64,000 nucleotides of DNA from Paramecium tetraurelia. Taxonomy: Eukaryota. Location: contig CT868463.1 in NCBI GenBank assembly GCA_000165425.1, forward strand, positions 186,001 through 250,000, given 5' to 3'. The position numbers were made by a program, and so were the translations under genes. This document shows, one piece after another, positions 1-12,692 of the stretch (positions are counted from its first letter, which is position 1; each line of letters opens with the position of its first letter). The notes beneath the pieces are model-generated. The model made no database searches, was not told where the DNA came from, and saw nothing but the letters and a program-made list of their open reading frames with translations.

Positions 1-307
1 AAAGTTCGAAACTCAATCTATGCTTATAAATTACGAAATTGAAATAACATTTTTCATTTCTGAAAATACATTGTTATGATATCAATATTAATAATAATAA
101 ATCATCCTTGTTGAATTAAGCTATCCATCCAAATTCTACTAAATAACTCAGAAGGATAATTAATATTAAACTAAAAATATTATGAATACTTTAGTATAAA
201 GTTCAATTGTTTTAGAGTCTATAAGTATTGTATGCATATAAATTTAACCTATTTAAACAGATTTTTGGAACTATTTAAATAATAATAAATTTTATATAAA
301 TTATCAA

Positions 308-936
308 ATGGCAAAGACAACTTGTGCAAAAGCTCTCTAAAATTGGGAGCAAGATCATCCAGGTGAACAACCATCTGAAGCAGAAGATATTAGATTAATA
401 TTTTAAAATCCTCCACTTGACAAATTGGATCCACCAGTTTTAAATACTTTAGCTAAGGTTAAACGGCTATCCCTTTCTTCAAATGCTATAGAGAAGATGG
501 TCAATCTTCCTGGCTTAAGGCAGATTGAAATCCTATCGTTATCGAGAAATAATATAAAGAAGATAGCTGGATTAGAAGAAATAGGATAAACATTAAAAGA
601 ACTATGGTTGAGTTACAATTACATAGAAAGGCTTGATGGTCTATAACCATGTGTTAAATTGCATACACTCTATATTGGTAATAATAGAATCAAAATTTGG
701 GATGAAGTTGATAAATTGAAAGACCTTCCCGAAATTGCCAATGTTCTTTTTGTAGGTAATCTTTAATTTAAATAAAAGGAAATCCTATTTATGAAAACTA
801 GAAAGACGATCCTAAATTGCTTGTTCTCAAAAGAATAACCACTTTAAAAAATGTGGATGGTACTGTTGTTGATGACTCATTAATGGAAAAGGTTAAAGCT
901 TTGGGAGATGGAGTTCCTACAACCACTGTCAAATGA
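308..936 (+). CDS. DNAL1: Axonemal outer-arm dynein light chain 1 (LC1, leucine-rich repeat)
   Basis: Ciliate-code translation MAKTTCAKALQNWEQ...RLSLSSNAIEKM...LEEIGQTLKELWLSYNYIERLDGL...VLFVGNPIY...LKNVDG is the LC1 LRR pattern. One 23-nt intron at 756-778. Confidence 0.93.
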
Positions 937-1071
937 CAATTATTAATAATATAATTATTAACAGATGGTCCTTTCAATTCATACAATTCCATATATGTAT
1001 TCAATTTGTTGTGATTCATGATTATTGTAAATAAATATAAATCTGAATGACAGATCGACTCATTATTATTA

Positions 1072-2031
1072 ATGCAAGGAACATTGATTATTAGGCCATT
1101 TAAGGCTAACTTGAAAAAAGATACTGAAATATTTGGAAAAATGGTACTTGATTATATCTGAACTTAATATTAGGATCCCTTTGTCATTGTTAAAATGGGA
1201 AATTAAAATTAAAATACTTCCGTCGCTAATGAAGCTGGCAAAACTCCTGTATGGAATAATGTTCTTACATTCAGAAAAACCTATGAAAACCTAATTGAAT
1301 TTGAAGTTTGGGATGTAATTCAATTATAATATCCAGTACGATCAAGGCTCTAAAAATGATCTAATCGGCTAAGCATCCTTCCCTACTGCATAAGTTGAGC
1401 AAACAAGATAATTTTAAGGACCAATCCCTTTGATGTATAAAGGAAAGTCTTCTGGTGAATTACACGTTATAATTGAATTTCATCCAGATGGACAAGGACA
1501 AGGCTTTCCATAATAACCCTAATAAATTGGTTATCCATAATAACCAGGCTTTCCTCATCAACCTGGTTATCCGCCATAATAAGGTCATCCTCCCTAACCT
1601 GGTTATCCACCTCAGGGTCATCCTCCTCAACCAGGCTATCCTCCTCAACCAGGTTATCCACCTTAACCTGGTTATCCACCTTAACCTGGTTATCCACCAT
1701 AATAAGGTTACCCACCTTAACCTGGTTATCCCCCACAACCTGGTTATCCCCCACAACCTGGTTATCCCCCATAACCTGGATAACCTCATCTACAACCAGG
1801 TTATCCTGGATATCCCCCATAATAGATAGCCGTGGTGTAAATTAAATTTAATCCTAATTGTCATGAGTAATGAAATATTTTAATTTTAGTTGTCACGGAA
1901 CTGGAAAAATTATGAAAAAAGGTAAACAAAAATTCTGTAAGGACTGTTATAAACATGCTGGAATATGTCATAAATGTGGTGGGACTGGCTATAATCAAAA
2001 AAAGGGAAAGGTTTGTAAGTGTAAAAAATGA
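1072..2031 (+). CDS. C2-domain protein with (QPGYPP)n repeats and C-terminal CxxCxGxG zinc-finger motifs
   Basis: MQGTLIIRPFKANLKKDTEIFGKM|DPFVIVKMG...GKTPVWN...IEFEVWD|YDQGSKNDLIG (C2 domain), then Pro/Gly/Tyr/Gln repeats, then CHDCHGTG...CKDC...CHKCGGTG...CKC. Three short introns. Confidence 0.88.
1500..1822 (+). repeat. Imperfect 18-nt coding tandem repeat (QPGYPP)
   Basis: Recurrent unit (c/t)aacctggttatcc(a/c)cc(a/t), more than 12 degenerate copies, inside the C2 gene. Confidence 0.92.
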
Positions 2032-2154
2032 GATACATATAAAATATAATTAAAAATAATCATCCATCAATGCACATTAATAATATTAGAAAATGCATTT
2101 TCACAGAAATTTTTTTTTTCTTTCAGAATAAAATATTGGATGCATAAATAGAGA

Positions 2155-3185
2155 TGATAGATTAGATTTAAATACAAACCGAAGTAGAAGATATGAGATT
2201 GTTTTTCAAAAGTTCAATTACTAATTTTTATTAGTGTCCGATTTGATTTGCAAACTTTTCTCCTAACTAACCTTTTTATTCTTTAATTACCTTACTCTAT
2301 TTAAATTAGACACGTAAATATTTATAATACTTTAAATCTATTATGAATTAACAAGAAAAAGGGAATAAATTATATTGTTTAAGTGCGTATAAATTAACTT
2401 CACTACATTTGAATATATTTCAGACAACTATATTTAATGATTGGTTGGTCAGCTACTTTATTTTCTAGCCTTAACAACAAAATATGTAGCATTTTTAATG
2501 AGTTTTTTTTGAGTATTAAAAAAGAATAATAAATATTTGTAGTTCACATTTTCAATTAGATAACTCTGGATGGTCTCAAAAATTTTTTAATAATTTCTTC
2601 TTAATTATATTAAGAATGCTACAACATATGTTCCAAAATTTATCTATAAAACCTATGTACTATTAAATCTATAAAATAATGAAAAAAACAATTGCTCCAT
2701 AAAAATTCAATAATTTATTTTAGCAAAATCTTAATTAAAATATTATATGCTAGCTTTTTATAAATTCATCCCAAATAGGATAAATCAGAGAAAAATAATG
2801 ATAGTCAAGAATACAGATCAATGTGATATTTATATTGAAATTATAAGAATTCAATAATCAAATATTGTAAGGGAGAAATAAGTATCCAACTGCACACGAA
2901 ATACTCATTATTTTTCTACTTTTATGTATTTAATTGTTATCTAATATAATTTGTTTTTTATAATAATTTTTTTAATTTTAAATTAATAAATTTAATGCTA
3001 TGCAGAAAGATTAACATACACATTTCCAATCATATATACCTAAATTAAATAGATTTATTCATGAATGCAAGTATATGCATTGTCTCTATATCGTAAATAA
3101 AACTTACTTTTTATCACAAAGTAAAACTAATCAAACTTTTTGAGTAAATTTAGAACCTGATTCTTGCAATAGATATTATTAGTTC
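2155..3185 (+). pseudogene. Decayed RING/IBR (RBR E3-ligase-like) pseudogene
   Basis: Fragments YQCPI*FANF (TGA where a Cys is expected), KLYC(F)KC after a frameshift, TDQCDIYIEI...KQVSNCTRNTHYFSTF (IBR-like spacing with lost Cys) and ECKYMHC...KTYF (RING2-like). Several stops and frameshifts. The family call is an inference. Confidence 0.5.
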
Positions 3186-3613
3186 TATATTCAAATCAAA
3201 TTATAATTCTGTTTAAATTGTTTCTAAATTGTCTTTATTTTTAGTTTAATTTAATTTAATTTTTATTGTTTTGGCTTTCAAATCACTAATATGCATTCTT
3301 CTTACGCGCATATTTCAATATCAACTTAAGATTTAAAAATTAGAAAACCTTCTTAAATACTAATTTTAATTGTATGAAGTAAGACCCTGAATTAAGAAAA
3401 AAGTTGAAGAATGTAAGGCTGTTTGCTAAATTTTTAAATTTAGCCTTATCTTACTAAAAAGAGTTTCAAATTATATTAGATAACAATTAAATACATAAAA
3501 GTAGAAAAATAATGAATATTTCGTGTGCAGTTGGATACTTATTTCTCCCTAACAATATTTGATTATTGAATTCTTATAATTTCAATATAAATATCACATT
3601 GATCTGTATTCTT
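2807..3613. repeat. Long inverted repeat: 147-bp arms 2807-2953 and 3467-3613, 513-bp spacer
   Basis: The right arm is the reverse complement of the left arm with only 2 substitutions seen by eye (aatattgtAagg vs aatattgtTagg; gaaataCtcatt vs gaaataTtcatt). Confidence 0.95.
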
Positions 3614-3827
3614 CTATTAATATTATTAAGAAAAAAATAAATTACCACTAGAATAAATTGGCACATCAACATTAATTCTAAGAATGATAATTTGAAAAAG
3701 AATAATTTTAGCAGGTTATAATAAATTGTAGTTAAAATAAAGTTTAATTTAATTTTAAAGCCTATTTTTGATAATTATCAAAAGGGAATAATTTTATTAC
3801 TTCAGCTACATATATAATTAATTATTA

Positions 3828-4693
3828 TCATAAACTCTTTAGACTTTCATCTTGAGCGAATTCTCCTTCTAAATCATCATCATTAAAATTATTGTCATCA
3901 TCTATCTAATACAAAGATTATACCTGGTAAAAATTCGATATTTTAATTTTAACAATTATTTTCTTAATTCAATTTGTATGCTTCATTCAAAAAAGCTGGA
4001 ACATCCTCAATTTCATAAAGATCAACTACAATGCAGTCCTTTAATAAAAGTTGGTGATTACCTTTTTTTAATGAATCATTTCAGAGCATACACGGCAGCA
4101 AGTAACTTTATGCTTCATGCAAAAAAAATGTTTCACCCTGTCATTATGGAATTCACAAAATTCAAGTCCTGAATCTGGATCAACTTAGGGATATTAATTT
4201 TATTGTTATTATCTGATTTTCTATGCTTAGACTGCTGATTATTGAAATTAGGTAAATAAATATTATTAAGGATCTATAACATCAGTTCCTCCATGGGACC
4301 TGCTTTTCTTATTAATCTCTTCAGCCATTTTTGTGAAAATTGTGTGGTTTATCTAAATTTTTGATTATATTGATACAGGTAATCTTTCGATTGAATCTAG
4401 ATGCTTAACTAATTTCAAGCAAAGTGGACATCGTACTCTTCTGTTTCTAAAACTCATTAATTTAATTATAATAACCTATAGAAATTGCTTAAACATTAAG
4501 TACAAATAGTATGCCCACAATGAATAAGTATTCTAGGTAATCTATCTTTGATGTTGTAATCTTATTTGCATAATAGACATTATTTTTGATTAATCAATTT
4601 TCCAATGAACACATTTATCTTATCTAAATATTAATCAGATGGATTATTAGATTATTCAAAGAAATACTGGGTTGGATTTTGAATCACTTTCAT
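3828..4693 (-). CDS. RING + B-box (TRIM-like) zinc-finger protein
   Basis: CLLCKQDYNIKDRLPRILIHCGHTICTQCL...VRCPLC (RING), FCEFHNDRVKHFFCMKHKVTCCRVCSEMIH (B-box) and an acidic tail. Short introns. Confidence 0.85.
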
Positions 4694-4748
4694 TTTTGTT
4701 AATGTTAAAATTTGAATTTTATATTATTAAATAATAAGAAATCCAAAA

Positions 4749-7042
4749 ATGAATATTAACAGCAATAGCAAACCTACACTATAAGAATATTTGGATAAAT
4801 TAAAGCAAATTCAGGATGCTAATAATCGTAGATTAAGTCAGGCAAAATCCTAATCAAATACTTCCAAAACCATGACTCCAAAACCTGTCTCATAATTAAA
4901 ATAGCAGACCAAATCATCTACCGATCGTTCTCATTCAACACATAAACTACTGCCTTTTTTTTAAAATAGGAAAGTATCAGGTTCAAAAAGATAAACAAGT
5001 CAAGCAGATGAACCTAAAATCCCAATTTCAAGTTAATTAATTACAAAGACAGTAGAAGCATTATCTCCAAGAACTACAGAGTTGGAAGACATTAAAAAAT
5101 AATTAAACCAATGGTTTATAAAGGAAAGCAAAAATAATAATACTGGAGGTTGTCTTTAACTTTTGGAACCAACACTTGTTCATAACATACGTAAATCTAA
5201 AAATTATTTTAGTTAAATTACCTCCAAGACAAAAGATAAATCCAGAACTTAGAGCATCATTAACATCCAAAGACATCTCAGATAATACAGCTTTGCATTA
5301 TGCAGCGAAGAATGGAAATGCTTAGTTAACTTCTGCCTTAATATTTAAATAGATTCCAATTGATATGCCTAATAAGGATATCAAGACCCCTCTTATTTTA
5401 GCAGCCATTCAGTAAGAATCATCATATAATTAGTGGTTAAGAAGAAGTTTTTATGATTCTTATGAATGCTGGAGCAGATATCAATTATCAAGACTCTGTA
5501 GGCAACACATGTTTACATTATGCATGCAAAAATGAGTAAAAGTCCATAGTGTAATTACTTTTGAAACGATAATCAATAAAATTTAAGTATAATAAGGAAA
5601 ATAAAACTCCAGATTCTTATGCTGTTAATGAAGAAATTAAATAATTATTTAGAAATTATAATGAGGATTTTAAAAAATAATGTATGATTTTTTGTATTAT
5701 TTTAGAGTAAAAAATGAACATGGTCTAAATATAAAATACATAGAATGATGTAATTTTGAAAATGTTTTAGAATAAAAGGGGCTAATTAAATTCTTAGTTA
5801 TAGCAATAATAACAACTAACTTAAGCTTCTGCTTAAACTCCTCTTCAAATAGCTAGTTATTCCTGTAAAAATTTAACAAATGTAAATAAGCAATCATCCT
5901 CTCCTAATAATCGTACCTAACAAGATATAAAATAAGAAAGGTTTAATAAAATCAATTCAACTCATTCATCAAAATAATAATTAACAACAACAATTTCAAC
6001 CAATTCAGATTCTATCAAAAACAAAGAAGATGATAAAATTGGTCCTTAATAATTTTAAGTTATTGGTTTGATTGGTAAGGGCAGTTTTGGAGAAGTTTAT
6101 TTAGTCTAAAAAAGTAATCAGTTATATGCAATGAAAGTACTTCATAAAAATAGAATAATGAGTAAAATTATTATATAATATTAGAACATAACTTGACTAG
6201 GTATGCTTTGACTGAAAGAAATGTGTTATCGATTACGTCTCATCCATTTATTGTGAAACTTAGGTTTGCATTCTAAACATAAGATAAATTATTCATGATT
6301 CTAGATTATTGCCCTGGAGGAGATTTAGGAGAAGTATTATAAAAGTAAAAGAGACTTCCAGAAAACATTGTTAAAAACTATCTGTGTGAAATTGTTCTAG
6401 CCTTAGAAGACTTACATAAAAGGGATATAATTTTTAGAGATTTAAAACCTGATAATATAGTATTAGATAGTGAAGGACATGCATTATTAACAGATTTTGG
6501 ACTATCAAAAGAAGGTATTTTGGAACCAAGCACAGGAGCAAGATCATTTTGCGGATCCGTTGCCTATCTTGCACCGGAGATGCTGAAAAGAAGTGGACAT
6601 GGAAAAGCTGTAGATTGGTATTTATTGGGCGTTGTAATGTACGAACTTTTGGTTGGGTTACCACCTTATTATGCCAATAATAGGGAGGAACTATTCTATA
6701 ACATAGAAAACGCATCATTAAAAATACCTTCTTACATTTCACTTGAAGCTAGAAATCTATTAAAAGCAGTAACTATGATCTCTTATTTAGTTATTACAAA
6801 GGAATCCTGCTAAACGTTTAGGCTCAGGAAAGGGAGACTCAGAAGAAATTAAAGCACATCAATACTTTTATGATGTTGATTGGGATATTGTCTATAATAG
6901 AGAACTGCCTTTGCCTAAGCCAAATAGAAAAATTAGAATAAATACACATATTGATGGAAACGTATTTGATATGCAAAGTATTGTTGATGATTCAAAAGCT
7001 CATTTAGGGGGATGGACTTTTGTTAGTAATGATGAGTTATGA
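4749..7042 (+). CDS. Ankyrin-repeat AGC-family Ser/Thr protein kinase
   Basis: Ankyrin repeats (DNTALHYAAKNGN, KTPLILAAI, GNTCLHYACKN), then a kinase domain GKGSFGEV, YAMKVL, FRDLKPDNI, DFGLSKE, SFCGSVAYLAPE, VDWYLLG, and a C-terminal hydrophobic motif GGWTF. Confidence 0.93.
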
Positions 7043-7382
7043 TATATGTCTCATCTACATTTACAATTATTGCCCTTGCGCTACTTCGTAAAAAATTAAT
7101 TGTTCAATGGTGTATAATGTAAATGTATTTTTCAAATATTTATATTATATCTTAAAATTAAGTTTTTAATATTGATATATTGACTATCATTTGATATCAA
7201 TTGGCAATATATTTGTCAATTAAAAAATGGAATTTATTAATTTCTTATTCGAAATGTATAAAATTAATTATATACACATTAAAACAAATATAATAAATTA
7301 TCAAACTTATATAATGTAGTTAACAAATATATTTAAATTTTATATAAATATATATATTTCTCAATTGAATATTATGTGATAA

Positions 7383-7783
7383 NNNNNNNNNNNNNNNNNN
7401 NNNNNNNNNNNNNNNNNNNNNNNNNNNNNNNNNNNNNNNNNNNNNNNNNNNNNNNNNNNNNNNNNNNNNNNNNNNNNNNNNNNNNNNNNNNNNNNNNNNN
7501 NNNNNNNNNNNNNNNNNNNNNNNNNNNNNNNNNNNNNNNNNNNNNNNNNNNNNNNNNNNNNNNNNNNNNNNNNNNNNNNNNNNNNNNNNNNNNNNNNNNN
7601 NNNNNNNNNNNNNNNNNNNNNNNNNNNNNNNNNNNNNNNNNNNNNNNNNNNNNNNNNNNNNNNNNNNNNNNNNNNNNNNNNNNNNNNNNNNNNNNNNNNN
7701 NNNNNNNNNNNNNNNNNNNNNNNNNNNNNNNNNNNNNNNNNNNNNNNNNNNNNNNNNNNNNNNNNNNNNNNNNNNNNNNNNNN
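7383..7783. other. Assembly gap (N run)
   Basis: Run of n. Confidence 1.
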
Positions 7784-8636
7784 GTTTACATTCTCTATAA
7801 ATTCAGTGAGTTAAATTGTTAAATAATTTCTTCATTGCTTGTTAAGAGATTAGAAACAGAAAGCTTCTTTCTAAACATTGTTTTCTAGCTATTTTTTTTT
7901 TTTTTTAAATTTAGTAAAATATTAAAATATCTAAGATGCAAAGTCCACCATAGAAAACCTTGTTTAAAAGACTTTAGTCAATAAATAAGGTTTTCCAATC
8001 TCTAGTTATAAACCAAATTCGAAAATCTTGCTTAAATGCGCATTTACTAATAACAAATCCAATCCTGACTCGAGAAATAAAGAGTGAAATTTTTTTTGAT
8101 GATTCTAATTATTAAACTAATTGACCTTTCGAATCTTTGTTAATATATAAGAAATTTGATATAAGAGATGATTGAGTAGAAAATATTAAGTTTTTAATCT
8201 CAATCATTATGGAAGGAAGCTCCAATTATTCATTACTTATTGAATTTACAAATATCTTAAAATAGCCATTTTGCTTATAAATTATGATGTCGATACTTTT
8301 TATTTTAATAGAAACTTCAATGCAGGTATAATAGCATTAAAAAGAAATATCAATCAGTATTTATCTTCTAATAATTTTATTAACAATAGATGTTATCATC
8401 TAAGCTATTAAAAAAAATTAACATAATAAATTTTTCATAAACTATAGGATTTGTAAAAATTTTGAGTACATTTTAGAATAAATTCAATTTATTAACTAAA
8501 ATTTCTATCTTTTAGTTTAATAAAATTAAACATAAACTTACGGAATACATTATACTTTATATATTTTAAGTAGAAACTTGTAAATCTTTATTTTACTAAA
8601 ATTTCCTGTTTGTATTTCTTACAATTATAATATTAA

Positions 8637-10076
8637 TCAAACTTACTCACTCTATTACAATTCATAAACTCCAGCTGATTTCTAAGATCTAAATATCTAT
8701 CCAATCCACAACGAATAAAATTGTTTTCTTATCGCACTAACTATTAACACAGGTATCAATATGAAAGGAACTAAATATAATAAAGCTGGTTGTGCTTATT
8801 AGTATATCACTAACGAAAGCATACAAACTAACAATCCAATACAATACCCAATTATTGATGTAATATACATACAATGCCCTTTGTTTAACATGTTTTCAAA
8901 TTTTAAAATGTATTTGATCACTATTCCCGGTAATAAAATATCACCTAAACCAAGTATGGAACATTTCATTAAGGGAGAATTGTATGATTTCATCAAAGGA
9001 GGGCATATAAATTTCATCGGCAAATCTATGGATGTAGCTACTTATGCCATAACAGATGTTCCAAAAAGTACAGGACTTATGAACACCCAAAATATGTCAT
9101 AAAAGAATGATAGACTTAACAAGATTGTAGAAGTTTTAAAACTATCAATTTCAATAATCTAAATAAATTTCAATTATTACTTTGAACATCAAAAGTGTAA
9201 TTAGAAATGCTACTATATTATTAATTATCCAATGTTTAGTGTAAAAATACGAGACTACAATAATTAAGCTGATGGAGTATGAAATAATCTTTAACAATAA
9301 ATATTTTCCCAAGAACTTTAGCAACTAATCTTCTATAATTATTTGAATACTCAATATTGCCATAAAAAATATCACTATACTCAAAACTCTAAGACTTATA
9401 TACTTTTTTACATTTATCCTATTGATGGAAATTTATATAGGCAAAATAACAAAATACTTGCAGAAAAAATAAATGACACAGATGTCTTTGCATTGAATTC
9501 TTCATTTTTCATTGATTCAATTATTTTAACTTCTTATAATCCATAATTGGTGCCTATTATTATTAATGATACTGCTAAAAATAACAACATTATTAATGGG
9601 TGCAAATATTATTCTGTCTATTGGCATTGTTTGTAGAATTAAATTGAATAGGATTGAGAATTATTTTAATCTACAAATACTGTAAAATTAAGTATTATTA
9701 AACTCCATGAAATTTAATCTTTTTATGGCTTGCATTCATATGTGATTATAAATTATTCTTGTTAATTTGGCTCTATTACAAATGCTTTTTTTTTCGAGTT
9801 TTAAGAAATATTCAAAACATCCGCATCAAAGACTAAAGGGTTCATTGTAATAGAAATCTGTTCTTATTGATTGTTGAGGAATACAAATTAACTATGTTTT
9901 TCATTTGATTTTTCTAAATATAATTTTGCAGGATGACATTAAGTTTGATCTAAGGATTCCATTTTAAATAGAGTATCAACTTTCTTCTCATTTGCTATCA
10001 AATATTATTTATCCTTTTCAATGAACAATTCAAAACCTTGTGAATGAATGAAAATAAACAATATATAAAAATACAT
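8637..10076 (-). CDS. Signal peptide peptidase-like (GxGD, peptidase A22B) intramembrane aspartyl protease
   Basis: N-terminal signal peptide and luminal domain, multiple TM helices, catalytic motifs FFYDIFWVF and LGLGDILLPG, and QPALLYLVP (PAL motif). SPPL2-like architecture. Confidence 0.92.
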
Positions 10077-10567
10077 TAAAATATTAAATAGAAGAATTTG
10101 ATGTTCTCGATTTCTGAATATACTTTGTTTACATCTATATATGAATTATAAATCAACATTTTGGATTCATTAGGTAAACCTTTAATGATTAATTTGTCGA
10201 AATTTTTGGAATTCCAACTCATAGGATTGTCGCTTTTGAATAATAATTGGAATTTTGAAATTACTAATTTTATTCTTTAATTTTAAAGATTTATAATTAA
10301 TTTTAAACTATTGATAAAAGTTAACCCTAATTGAGGATATAAAAACCTATAATAATCATATGGAATAACGAATATATTCTTTATTAAGCCTATCTTTGAT
10401 AGCAACTGTTGAGTCCATTTTCAAAAGAGCAAACAGAAAAATAATTTCCGAAAATCATTAAATCAAAAACTAACTAATGTTAATTCTTTCTTATAATTAG
10501 AATTTTCTAGGTTCGCCTTTTATATTCAATTCAAAAACTTAAGAATTTTTATATCAAAATTATTTAT

Positions 10568-11180
10568 NNNNNNNNNNNNNNNNNNNNNNNNNNNNNNNNN
10601 NNNNNNNNNNNNNNNNNNNNNNNNNNNNNNNNNNNNNNNNNNNNNNNNNNNNNNNNNNNNNNNNNNNNNNNNNNNNNNNNNNNNNNNNNNNNNNNNNNNN
10701 NNNNNNNNNNNNNNNNNNNNNNNNNNNNNNNNNNNNNNNNNNNNNNNNNNNNNNNNNNNNNNNNNNNNNNNNNNNNNNNNNNNNNNNNNNNNNNNNNNNN
10801 NNNNNNNNNNNNNNNNNNNNNNNNNNNNNNNNNNNNNNNNNNNNNNNNNNNNNNNNNNNNNNNNNNNNNNNNNNNNNNNNNNNNNNNNNNNNNNNNNNNN
10901 NNNNNNNNNNNNNNNNNNNNNNNNNNNNNNNNNNNNNNNNNNNNNNNNNNNNNNNNNNNNNNNNNNNNNNNNNNNNNNNNNNNNNNNNNNNNNNNNNNNN
11001 NNNNNNNNNNNNNNNNNNNNNNNNNNNNNNNNNNNNNNNNNNNNNNNNNNNNNNNNNNNNNNNNNNNNNNNNNNNNNNNNNNNNNNNNNNNNNNNNNNNN
11101 NNNNNNNNNNNNNNNNNNNNNNNNNNNNNNNNNNNNNNNNNNNNNNNNNNNNNNNNNNNNNNNNNNNNNNNNNNNNNNNN
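10568..11180. other. Assembly gap (N run)
   Basis: Run of n. Confidence 1.
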
Positions 11181-12692
11181 GTTTTTATTAGTTTTTGGAG
11201 TAAATGTATGGTCTTAATCTTTTATAGTAGGATTGTTATTCTTCGACTTCTTGAAAATAATATCTTTTTGGATTTAAGGCAGATTAACACAATATTGATA
11301 CACATTTTCAAAAAAGTCATCAAAATCTAATTATATCTTTTGTTCCTATAATAGTTTGAATATAGGCCATAAAGTTTAAATAATATTAGGAGATAGATTA
11401 TTAATTTCTTCATAAGAACATTATATTAAGCCATCTTAATTTGAATCCATTTCAGCAAATAATTACCTGATAATCTTTTTCCTTTAGAGAAATACGATAT
11501 CCTCTGACAATTCGTTTTTCAATCTTACATTTAAAGATTAATTTTATTCCATAATTTTTTACTCAGTCATTTACTACAATTTTTCTGACTGTAACTTGGA
11601 CTATAAATAAAGCTTCTCATGAACGGCTTATGATTTAATCTATTCATATACGTTTTTCTGATGATGTTTAAGCATAAGGACTTCTACATATTTTAGGTCG
11701 ATATAATAATTGCCGAGTTTTTAAGTCAACGTTTTCATACTTCATTTTAATTAATTCCCTTCTTTCCTTCTATTCCTCTTGCTTTTTTTCCATTCTAGTT
11801 AAAAAATCTTCATCTATTTTAATATTCTAATTCACTGATGGTTTGAAAGTGCATTCCGGAACATCGTATTCTGGTTGTGAATACATTCTATTTCTTGCTT
11901 ATTCATATAATTCATCAAATACGTTTTCATAATGTTGTTTCTCTCTAATATAATGACTCATTTATTTTGATCTAATCTATATATCGATTTGTTACAATTC
12001 ATTAATTTAAGGTACAAAATTATACTCCTTTCCTTGTTCATCCAAAAAAACCTATTAGATTTATTTATCTTTAAGAGTTCCTTTCTCTCTCATATAACCA
12101 TTCTTACGATACCCAGCTTGTTCCTTAAATAAATTAGCTGATTATTATATACCAAATAGATCTTTGTTTACTTGCTTAGTTTAGGAGTCTATTGTAATTG
12201 TTATTGTTCTTATTCTTATTTTTCTGTCTAATACTATTTTATTTGATTTTCTCTTTATTCCTTTTTCTTCTATGCCAGCTGATAGAGTCTTTCACCTGGT
12301 TATTCTGACTCTTTAGTTGAGTATGATTGTAATTGTTTAGAATAATAATTTTGCTATTGTAATTTGTGTTAACTTTGATAATTTTCATTGTTTGTATTAC
12401 TGTTGATCTATTTTATTAGTACATTTTATGCATTCTTGTCTAATTAGTGCAAATGACAAAATTCTGATACTTTTATCTTAGGATCATCATCTTAATAAAT
12501 CATTAACTACTCCACTTGATTGGAACTCAGATTTACATTTAATATTAATTTTATTCTTCTTTATTAAGCTTCAGGGGTTTTGGTGAAGTATGTATTATCA
12601 CTTGCTCTAGTATTATTCTACGGTGATTTGCTTGTTTATTTTTATGGAGTACCGTCTAATCCTAGTTCCTCAAGTAATGCTTCATAATTCAT
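11181..12692 (-). CDS. Hypothetical protein with TFKP-type repeats and an EF-hand-like segment (3' end lost in gap)
   Basis: MNYEALLEELGLDGTP..., repeats EYNFVPQIN, ECTFKPSVN, DHTFTPKT, and LFAEMDSNQDGLI. The frame runs into the N gap. Confidence 0.75.

Noticed and set aside
1..240. Short - strand frame (MHTILIDSK...QQG*) at the window start
   Set aside because: Under 40 codons, needs an unusually short 19-nt intron, and shows no recognisable motif.
1500..1822. Possible CRISPR-like array
   Set aside because: Contiguous 18-nt units with no unique spacers, in frame within a eukaryotic gene.
1460..1829. Three repetitive ORFs in the supplied track (RLWGIT, DNQVV, HLNLVI repeats)
   Set aside because: They are alternative-frame and antisense shadows of the QPGYPP repeat, whose true frame contains TAA=Gln.
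7376..7822. ORFs full of X (also 40889-41260)
   Set aside because: Artefacts of N gaps.
7936..8600. Long frame with two in-frame TGA: selenoprotein or read-through?
   Set aside because: With TGA as the only stop, frames this long arise readily by chance. There is no redox motif or recognisable SECIS, so a decayed gene is more likely.
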